Below are positions 54,749 through 64,000 of a DNA stretch of 64,000 nucleotides, one piece after another. The position numbers and the translations under genes are program-made. The stretch is taken from positions 6,820,001 to 6,884,000 of the forward strand of contig OX597824.1 in assembly GCA_951406725.2 (NCBI GenBank). The letters run 5' to 3'. Source of the DNA: Octopus vulgaris. Taxonomy: Eukaryota. The notes below the pieces were generated by a model that did not search any database, was not told the origin of the DNA, and was given only the letters and a program-made list of their open reading frames with translations. Position 1 is the first letter of the stretch, and each line of letters starts with the position of its first letter.

Positions 54749-55223
54749 CCCTTTCATTTCCAATATTTCTTTTGAGATGCTCTGTGTTTCTTTCAATTAA
54801 TTTTCAGTATAACAAAGAATTTAGTAAAATAACTTAATTATCATTAAGCTAGTGTTAAGAACACAAATTATGACTAAGGTTTGGTGAAAGATTTTAATTC
54901 AAAACTTATGAAAACAAGACATTTGTACTACAGAGCCAGAGCCATTTTCAGCCAGGTTGGTATCAAAAGGGTTAAGAATTGTTCCTCTATTATATATTTT
55001 AGCCCTTTCGTTACCATATTTCTGTTGAGAGGCTCTGTGTTTCTTTCAATTAATTTTAAGTATAACAAAGAATTTAGCAAAATAACTTCGTTGTCATTCA
55101 GCTAGAGTTAGGAACATAAACTGTGACTAAGGTTTGGTGAAAGATTTTAATTCAAAACTTTTGTAAACAAGACATATGTATTCAGAGCTGGAGCCGGTTT
55201 CAGCCAGGTTGGTAGCGGAAGGG
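54749..55223. mobile_element. Two tandem piggyBac-type MITEs (54749-54971, 55003-55223)
   Basis: CCCTTT...AGGG termini next to TTAA; same body as 59892-60112. Confidence 0.8.
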
Positions 55224-55877
55224 TTAAAGTGTTATTGTTTATTCGCATAGCAGCAAAATACAGAAGGTGCTACACATTATATTAAAGACCAAAATATGAT
55301 TAAGGAGAATTTGATGGTGCTGAAATTACCTTACTGTTTAGAAGTGAACGACACGAAATTCTAACAATAATAGGCGTTGGTATATTATTTAGACATTTAA
55401 ACATCTCCCCAGTCAGGAATCACAATAAGCACCAGAGTTAATTGGCTTAATTACAACTAATAAATTATTTCCAAAAAGTAGCATACCTAGTTATTACTAT
55501 TAATTATAGAAACCACATTGAGGATAATGGCTGGTTTTGTTATTAATTATACTCTCTTCTAATGACAATTGTTCACCTCAATATTTTAATTGCCTTTGTA
55601 TCACTTAAGTTAATGACTTGTAACACATTAAAACAAACGAAAGTTGCCTTTACGAGATTGTTCACCTTGCTAATAATAGTAACCAAATCTTTCTCAAATT
55701 ACACTGAACTGTTTTGAAAGTAGGAAGGACACATAAAATAATGTAAGCTTTCTACTTAAGGCACAAGGCCTGAAATTTGGGGGAAGGGGACTAGTCGATT
55801 ATATCAACCCCAGTATTTCACTGGTACTTAATTTATTGACCCTGAAAGGATGAAAGGTAAAGTCAACCTCGGCGGAA

Positions 55878-56362
55878 AAGTTTCTACAGGTGGATGCCCT
55901 TCCTAACACCAACCACTCTGAGAGAGTTGTGGGTGCTTTTTACGTGCCACCAGCATGAGGGCCAGTCAGATGGGCCTGGCATCGACCATGCTCGAATGGT
56001 GTTTCTTGCATGCCACCAGCATGGGAGCCAGTCAGGCAGCACTTGCAACAACCATGGTCAAATGGTGCTGTTTAAGGTGCCACTGGCATGGGACTATTCA
56101 GCCAGAACTGGCAACGATCGGGCTGGAATGGTGCTTTTAACATGGCACTAGCATGGATGCCAATCAGATGGTACTGTCACTGGTCACGATAACAATTTCA
56201 CTTGCCTCAACAGGTCATTGCAAGTGCAGTTTATTGCCCAATGATTGAAGGGTATTCTTAAATGGGCCGGTTATGCTGCACTAGCATAGGCCACAGTCAC
56301 GGTCTCACTTAGCTTGCTGGGTTTTCTCAAGCACAGCATATCTCCAGAGATCTCGATCACTT
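55878..56362 (-). mobile_element. RTE ORF end plus 3' UTR array
   Basis: Minus strand gives DRDLWRYAVLEKTQQAK*, then the UTR units. Confidence 0.82.
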
Positions 56363-56381
56363 GACATATATATATATATAT

Positions 56382-56666
56382 CACGTGACCGACCAGTCCA
56401 TCAGGTGTAGTTACACATCGCTGGTCACAATGCGTTCGCATTGTTTTAGCCTTCGAATGACACCACCCCGCTGGCTAAGCGAGCAGACCAACAGAAGAAA
56501 GAGTGGTGAAAGAGTACAGCAGGGATCACCACCCCCTGCCAGAGCCTCGTGGACCTTTTAGGTGTTTTCGCTCAATAAACACTCACAACGCCCAGTCTGG
56601 GAATCGAAACCGCGATCCTACAACCGCGAGTCCGCTGCCCTAACCATTGGGCCATTGCGCCTCCAC
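56382..56666 (-). mobile_element. tRNA(Arg)-like SINE family D, tail type 2
   Basis: ggcgcaatggcccaatggttagggcagcggacTCGcggttgtaggatcgcggtttcgattcccagac; head shared with 28232 but with a different 3' half. Confidence 0.8.
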
Positions 56667-57089
56667 ATATATATATATATATATACTCATTTCTATATAT
56701 TTTTAAAAATTCTGGACTTGTTGCTATTTCATGTCTGAAAATGTTACTCATAATGGTGTGAATCTTAGCAGTTGATTTCTATTTAATACTTCATTAATTA
56801 TATGCATTTCATATAGACAACAGTATTAGATTACAGTAAATCATGTGATTTGTTTCAAAATTGTTTTTATACATCTATATAGGCACAGGAGTGGCTGTGT
56901 GGTAAGAAGCTTGCTTCCCAACCACATGGTTCCCAGGTTCAGTCCCACTGCATAGCACCTTGGGCAAGTGTTTTCTACTATAGCCTTGGGCCGACCAAAG
57001 CTTTATGAGTGGATTTGGTAAACGGAAACTGAAGGAAGCCTAACCCATGCTAGCATGGAAAACGGACGCTAAATGATGATGATGATATA

Positions 57090-57803
57090 AATAAATATAG
57101 AATTAAGAGACAGAATCTCCATAAAGTAATTCAATTAATAATGAAAGATATTATCTATAATAAAATATAAATTTAAATATATTATTAACATAGGCACATA
57201 CATACATACACACACACATACATATGTACATATATATCATGAACGGTTACTTTCTCAGATGCAGCACGGAATTTTGTCAGTGAACAGGTCGCGGTCTCAA
57301 AGCGACAAAAATATTTTGACAAATTAAATTTAAATGTTGAAGTGAATCTAACGGTTTTTATGTGTTTCTTAAATGGCTTATAAACACATTCCACGGTGCA
57401 ATTGCTTTCGTTCCAGCATACGATCTCAGATCAAGTCACTTGCTATGCAAGTACATCTCAGTAATATATTATTAACATTGTACTAAAAATTTCTATACTA
57501 AATAATATACCATAAAAAATACACATTAAAGCGACATTAATATTAATATTGTACTAAAAATTTCTATACTAACAATACACATTAAATAGTAAACATTAAA
57601 AAAATACACATTAAAAAATACACATTTTTCATAATGTCATTTTAATGTATATTTTTTTTAATGTATATTATTAAGTACAGAAATTTTTAGTACAATGTTA
57701 ATAATAATATATTTAAATTTATATTTTATTATAGGTAATATATTTCATTATTAATTGAATTACTTTATAGAGGTTCTGTCTCTTAATTCTCTATATATTT
57801 TAT
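57090..57803. mobile_element. AT-rich foldback element interrupted by a 271-bp insertion with 16-bp TSD
   Basis: 57090-57191 plus 57463-57540 are inverted against 57630-57803; TSD aatatattattaacat at 57176-57191 and 57463-57478. Confidence 0.75.
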
Positions 57804-57819
57804 ATAGTAGGGTATTAAG

Positions 57820-58152
57820 AGCACCATCTGAGCGTGGTCGTTGCCAGAGCAGCTATCTGGCCTCCATGCCGGTGGCACGTAAAAGACACCATTCAAGTGT
57901 GATCATTACCAGCATCGGCTTAGTGGCACCTGTGCAGGTGGCATGTGTAAAAGATTCGAGCGAGGTCATTGCCAGTACCCACTACACTCTCGGAGTGGTT
58001 GGCGTTAGGAAGGGCATCCAGCTGTAGAGACTCTGCCAGATCAAGATTGAAGCCTGGTGCAGCCATCTGGTTCAGCCATCTGGTTCGCCAGCCCTCAGTC
58101 AAATAATCCAAACCATGCTAGCATGGAAAGCGGACGTTAAACGATGATGATG
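57820..58152 (+). mobile_element. RTE 3' end
   Basis: UTR units, terminal domain and (GAT)n. Confidence 0.83.
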
Positions 58153-58239
58153 AATATATTGTGAAATTTGGTTTAGCATTACTAAACTGAGTTTGTTTTC
58201 CCCTGTGGCCTTGGTATTTTATATTCCCTACTATTAATA

Positions 58240-58271
<32 letters not shown>

Positions 58272-58284
58272 GTATGCATTTTTG

Positions 58285-58481
58285 TGTGTGTGTTTGTCCC
58301 CCCATCGCTTGACAACTGATGGTGAGTTTACGTCCCCGTAACTTATTGGTTCAGCAAAAGAGCCAGATAGAATAAGTACTACGCTTACAAAGAATAAGTC
58401 CTGGGGACGATTTCTTCAATTAAAGGCTGTGCTCCAGCATGGCCGCAGTCAAATGACTGAAACAAGTAAAAGAATAAAAGA
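58285..58481 (+). mobile_element. SINE family A 3' half, ending ~18 bp from a MON2 donor site
   Basis: gtttgtccccccatcgcttgacaac...gactgaaacaagtaaaagaataaaag. Confidence 0.85.
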
Positions 58482-58499
58482 ATCTGAAGCAGTACTTAC

Positions 58500-58662
58500 C
58501 AAAAGACCAATTGCAGTTAGACTGACATTCAATTCCTGGTTTTGAAGACCAAATTTCGAGGCCACTTCAACACAAACCAGCAAGTATTTGCAGGGAATAA
58601 TAGGTAAGAAGTCAGTTACAACCAGCTGTAAACTTTGAAAGGCATTCTGGATTAATTTTTCA
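58500..58662 (-). CDS. MON2: MON2 internal coding exon (163 bp; 5'-most exon in window)
   Basis: Translates as [54 protein letters not shown], recognisably like the metazoan MON2 segment [18 protein letters not shown]...FGLHNQELNISLTSIGLL. Acceptor ttttcCAG (phase 2), donor TTG|GTAAGT (phase 0). Absent from the ORF track. Confidence 0.95.
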
Positions 58663-58717
58663 CTGGAAAATACAAAAAGTATAATAAATTTATAAATTTA
58701 AAGTATTACATAATAAA

Positions 58718-59111
58718 TCTATATATATATATAAAGCTGAAGTTGTCCGTGTGTGGCAGGTTCGGTAGCCTTCAACTAACACTATCTCCTCCAAGACCCT
58801 GTGGCGCAAGTTGGCCAAAATTGAGACTATGATAGAAGAAGGCTTGCTCTTCCTTCTGTAAAAAATTCAAATCGGACCATGTTAACACCAAAAATTATTT
58901 ACATCAAAATGGTGCTTTTTTTCTATGAAAATCCCTATTTTTTACAATTTTTTACTGCTGTGTCGCCATTTTTTGGTGTATTTCAATGAGAAAAATGTTC
59001 ACTTAAAGAGAATAACAAGCTACATAATACAAAATTTTTACTTTTCAAAAATTCCAATTCTAAAGGGTTGAAAAGAAAACAAGCCCGAGCAATGGTGGGC
59101 TACACTGCTAG
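58718..59111 (+). mobile_element. Non-autonomous Helitron (family H1)
   Basis: TC...gccc-gagcaatggt-gggc...CTAG|T; homologous to 10768-11136. Confidence 0.85.
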
Positions 59112-59310
59112 TATATTTTTAAGACATGATAAATATGATTAAGTGTAATAAATTTAATGATTTCTGGAATTCAAAGAGATCAGCCTGTTGATGGTTTGCA
59201 GGGAAAGAAGGGGTGGGGTGTGAGCTATACAGTGAAAGCAAACGTGATCATATAATGATAAGGTTGGAGTGTAAAAGGAAAGAGTCTGCAATTCTCCTGG
59301 AAAACATTAA

Positions 59311-59543
59311 CCCTTTTATTACCATATTTCTGTTAAAACTTGTTGCCTCTGCTTCAATTAAATTTGTATATAATAAGGAATCATAAAGAATCTGGTAGAA
59401 TTACCTTGTCATTGTTAAGCTGGTGTTTAGAACAGAAATAATCATAAAATTTTGATGGACTGTTTTCATTGAGATAGTTTTAGAACAGGAAGTGCGTGTC
59501 ATAGAATCTGGGATTAGCATTGAGGGGTTTGGTATTAAAGGGG
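59311..59543. mobile_element. Degraded piggyBac-type MITE
   Basis: TTAA-CCCTTTTATTACCA...TGGTATTAAAGGGG-TTA. Confidence 0.6.
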
Positions 59544-59891
59544 TTATGGGTGTTGTTGAAAGAAAATATCAGGCATCTCCTCTTTAAATATCAATTTAGC
59601 ATACCTCAGAGTTAGCTCCTTCGGTAATTAACATATGCAGTAAATAATGTATAACAAGGATTGTTTCCACCACATTGCACATCAAATCAGTTTTTGAAAA
59701 GGTTGAAAGACACAACGGAAATTTCAGGAAAATAAAAATAAGTAAGTGGAAAGTTTACCGGTGAGTGTGATAAATTATAAGGCACAAAAAGAGAATGACT
59801 CTCCCCAGACACAACAGTTTATTCAAAGAAATTCACTGAAATCAAAACACAATGACTTGGTATAAGTAGCAAACAAGGGATGTTACATTAA

Positions 59892-60112
59892 CCCTTTCGT
59901 TACTGTATTTATTTTGAGATACTCTGAGTTTCTTTCATTTAATTCTAAATATAACAAAGAATTTAGTAAAAGAACTTGGTTATCATTAAGCTAGTGTTAG
60001 GAACATAAACCGTAATGAAGGTTTGGTGGAAGATTTTAATTCAGAACTTCTGAAAACGAGACATTTGTACTCAGTGCTAGAACCGGTTTCAGCCGGGTTG
60101 GTAACGAAAGGG
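59892..60112. mobile_element. piggyBac-type MITE
   Basis: Perfect 12-bp TIR CCCTTTCGTTAC/GTAACGAAAGGG with TTAA on both sides. Confidence 0.9.
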
Positions 60113-60745
60113 TTAAAGAATCAAGACCGATAGCTAATGGCAGCCTGGAGTGAGAATCAAACTCATTGCCCAATGTTTCCAAGTTCAACATCTTAGCCAC
60201 TTAGGCTACACGCCTTCCTTCCTTCCAAATGAATAGCTCACTTCTGATTTTTGTTTCATAATTAATTCTTATATAAAACGAGAATCACTGGATTATTAAA
60301 CATTTCCCTAAAAGCTTCCTGAATCCAGTTAAAATCCAGCCCCCAAGAAATCAATCAGTTGTGTTTGCATCAGTAGTCATGTAATCAAAAGGAATTAATA
60401 ATTGTTTCCAATTAAGGCACAAAAAAACCCCCACATCAATTCCAGTTCTAGATTGATGCCTTATTTTATCGATCCCAGAAGGATGAAAGGCACAACTGAC
60501 CTTTGCAGAATTCAAACACAAAATTGTAAAAGAAGAGGAAGAAATACTACAAGACCATTTTTTGGTTATTGTTTTTACTGATGATCTAACAATTCTGCCA
60601 GATAGCTTGTTGCCTTTCAATAGGAATTAATAATAAAATATAATAAACGTACAGGCATTCGCTAAGCAGAAATGGAAAAAAAAATTGATGTTTTGAGGAA
60701 AGGCTCTTTTTCAGGAGGGAGAAAGAGAAAGAAGGAAAATTCTAG

Positions 60746-60795
<50 letters not shown>

Positions 60796-60809
60796 TTATT
60801 TTATAGAAG

Positions 60810-60862
60810 GAGCTTCTACAGGACTAGAACTGTTTCATTCAAAAGAAATCATCAGGAAGCTC
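60810..60862 (-). ncRNA. Type I hammerhead ribozyme motif
   Basis: Minus strand reads GAGCUUC-CUGAUGA-UUUC UUUU GAAU-GAA-ACAG uucuaguc CUGU-A-GAAGCUC: 7-bp stem I, intact core, 4-bp stem III and a GUA cleavage triplet. Confidence 0.75.
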
Positions 60863-60864
60863 TT

Positions 60865-60897
<33 letters not shown>

Positions 60898-61231
60898 TTT
60901 TTATTTTCCATTCCTTCTCTTTTCTAACCTGAAAAAGGGCCAGTGATCAATACACTGATAATCTATCCTTTTCTGTATGGCAAATATTTTTATTTTAAGT
61001 TATATTTTTATTATCAATTCCCATGTCAAAGTTATGGTATTTATTTGGACCCCTATTGTTCTTTTCCTGCTCAATCATCAGGCCTTGCAATTAGAATAAG
61101 CAATTCTATTGAACAATGGTCAACTAGCTAATATCTGGTTTCTAAATTAATGAGAGAATCAGTCATAGGAAACACAAGAATGGTATTTTCTATGTCAGGA
61201 AGATGTCATTACAATCAGCAACCTTTGAGAG

Positions 61232-61373
61232 CACATTATTTACATTATTTACATTTGTCCTCATTTTGTTTGTTGTTAACACTACGTTTCGGCTGATATA
61301 CCCTCCAGCCTTCATCAAGTGTCTTGGGGAAATTTGCAACCTGGGTTCTCATTCCTAAGGTATTTTTCGATGA

Positions 61374-61414
<41 letters not shown>

Positions 61415-61494
61415 GTGTTCAGGACACTGCTTGGAATTGAACTCGGAATCTTGGGGTTAGTAGCCGGTGCTCTTAACCACTATGCCATATGCCT
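61232..61494 (-). mobile_element. Second copy of the tRNA-headed hammerhead SINE
   Basis: Same head, (AAT)n linker and tail as 44857-45210; ribozyme motif at 61279-61322. Confidence 0.75.
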
Positions 61495-61564
61495 GTGAGC
61501 ATATAGAACCTTTGAGAAATTTATGATCACTCCCTGCTCACTTCCCCTTCCGTTCTTACCAAAA

Positions 61565-61930
61565 TGTGGCTGTGTGGTAAGAAGCTTGCTTCCGAACTAC
61601 GTGGTTCTGGGTCCAGTCCCAACGTGTGTCACCTTGGGCAAGTGTCTTTGGCTAGGGCCTTGGGACAACCAAAGCCTTGTGAATGGATTTGGTAGATGGA
61701 AACTGAAAAAAGCCCATCATATATATGTATGTCTGTGTTTGTCCCCTCACCATCACTTGACAACCGATGTTGGTCTGTTTATGTCCCTGTAACTTAGCAA
61801 TTCAGCAAAAGAAACCGATAGAATAAGTACTCGGCTTATAAAGAATAAGTCTTGGGGTTGATTTGTTCAACTAAAAGGTGATGCTCTAGCATGGCCACAG
61901 TCAAACGACTGAAACGAATAAAAGAATAAA
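61565..61930 (+). mobile_element. SINE family A (diverged)
   Basis: Family A layout. Confidence 0.8.
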
Positions 61931-63093
61931 AATGAAGTCTATTACTCTCGAAAAAAAAACAAAACTGTTTTCTATAACTTTTGTGATACACGATCCCTAT
62001 TGATCGTCCCTATTTTTTTTCTTTTCACGATCCCTTTTGATCGGAATCCGACCCTTTTTTTTTCCTTCTCTTCTCCCCAAAATGAAAAACTCTACTTTGT
62101 ATTTTGTCCCTTCTGTGTTCAGCCCTGCATGGCCAATAAAGAAATCTATAACCTTATATTCCTGTCATTTACTGAATTTGGTAAGGAGTGTAATGGGGGA
62201 ATAAAATCCAGCCCTTCATTCTATTGTTACCATCTTCCATATAATCTCGTTTCTTAGAAATCAATTACAGAAGCACCATTCAAATGGTTTACAGTGAAAG
62301 AAGCTGAATAAGGTAGTGTCATTGGTCCATCTTGTATAGTTTAAGAAACATTTAATATAGATCCAGAAATAGCAGCAAAATGAGAGGACATTAGGAAGGA
62401 GCATGGAAAATGGTTTCTTGATCCCTGGCAAAAGTTCAACAAGTGTTATCGGGTAATTAAGCTACCTGAGCTTGACAAATGCATGGCAGAGCATCAAGAA
62501 AGCACAGCAAAGTGCAAAGACATTTTCGAAATTATCGAGAACAGGATGAAGAACGTATTCTCCTCTGTGTTCAGGGTTAGGAATTTTTCAATGTTGGATG
62601 ACAGCTTTTCACCAAAGTTGTCAAATGAATGGAAGCCTTCCTCTTAAATAGCAATCATGATTGCTTGTCACCTATAAATCTCTGTTTTTCATTTGCAGAA
62701 CGTTTCTTTGCAATGTGAACAAGTAAATTGGAATAGTTTAAAACAACATTTAATATAGATCCAGAAATAGCAGCAATATGAAGAGGACATTAGGAAAATT
62801 GATAGAATTATGCAAGATGTCATCTAGTCAACATGTAGAATGGCACAACCAGCTTACGTGATTTATTATACTTCTGAATAAACTCTGTTAATATGTATTG
62901 AGGATTAGAGAAATTTGGTAAGACTGGTATTAAGCATTATGTCTGTTCTTTCAAACTACAACAGTTTTTTTTCTATCAATTCTATTCTATAGAATACAGA
63001 TCAATATTGAGAATACTGAACCAATAGAATATAACGATTATATAAGAGAATGCATAATAATATGATATACTTACAAAGAACTATTTATGTATG

Positions 63094-63167
<74 letters not shown>

Positions 63168-63171
<4 letters not shown>

Positions 63172-63360
63172 AATCCCAGAAATCGAAGAACAAACGCATA
63201 AGAGAAAAAACAACAACACGAGGATGTGGTGCATGCAAAATATTATCAGATACTCAGGGAAGGAAAGAAAGGTGGTTTTATGTTTCAAGCAGATGCACTT
63301 CTTCAGAAACAGGAGACAGAGGAAAGTCCCAGAGAAAAGGAAGACAGAGGAAAAAAATAT
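63168..63360 (-). mobile_element. Penelope-like fragment with degenerate hammerhead motif, within (TA)n
   Basis: Minus strand gttt-CTGAAGA...GAAAC-ATA-aaac at 63275-63310; similar layout to 54235-54385 (+). Confidence 0.5.
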
Positions 63361-63371
63361 ATAGGTATACG

Positions 63372-63415
<44 letters not shown>

Positions 63416-63424
63416 GTGTATATA

Positions 63425-63605
63425 TCATCATCATCATCGTTTAACGTCCATTTTCCATGCTAGCATGGGTTGGACGATTTGACTGAGGGCTGGCGAACCA
63501 GACGGCCGCACCAGGCTCTAATCTTGATCTGGCAGAGTTTCTACGGCTGGATGCCCTTCCTAACGCCAACCACTCCGAGAGTGTAGTAGGTGCTTTTACG
63601 TGCCA
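63425..63605 (-). mobile_element. RTE 3' end
   Basis: (CAT)n tail and terminal domain. Confidence 0.85.
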
Positions 63606-63614
63606 GTCAGGCAG

Positions 63615-63663
<49 letters not shown>

Positions 63664-64000
63664 AAAGAGCAATGTATGTATATGTATTGCAGTTGCTGAA
63701 CTATAGTGTCACTGCTTACAGGTTTCCAGTCAGACACTCGCTGGTCCATAGGGAGGGTGAAAAGGGGAGTGTCTAAAGCTCAGGGCAAAAAGAACATATC
63801 AAGGGGCTTCGTTCATAACACACCCACTTTGCCTTTTGCCTATTTAGTTATTTTTACCAATCTTCAGAGACTTTGTTGTTATAATTCAGTGAATAAAGCA
63901 TATATCCACACATATAAACATGTGTATACATACACCGGATAGCTACAGCATAGTTAGCATCTGTTGAGTTCCATATACAGGTTATTGGCCAACCTGTGTT

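Overview
This is AT-rich, repeat-saturated eukaryotic (animal) genomic DNA. The SINE repertoire suggests an octopus or related cephalopod (inference). The whole window lies inside one minus-strand gene, MON2 (Arf-GEF-like endosome/Golgi trafficking scaffold). Four internal coding exons (58500-58662, 52275-52538, 25223-25421, 1550-2139) splice in frame through GT-AG introns of about 6.0, 26.9 and 23.1 kb; the gene's start and end lie outside the window. The introns hold at least four tRNA-derived SINE families, many 3' ends of an RTE-clade LINE whose 3' UTR carries a variable ~61-bp tandem array, non-autonomous Helitrons and a Helentron-type element, piggyBac-type MITEs, hAT and Tc1/mariner transposase relics, R4/Dong-like and CR1/Jockey-like LINE ends, foldback elements and long microsatellites. 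Almost all ORFs in the supplied track are microsatellite or repeat artefacts. The most notable observations are a set of hammerhead-ribozyme motifs, mostly on the MON2 sense strand. These include one with an intact core at 60810-60862 and a tRNA-headed SINE with a hammerhead tail, inverted terminus and 13-bp TSD (44857-45210). A young, structured, higher-order tandem array at 46497-47492 also stands out.
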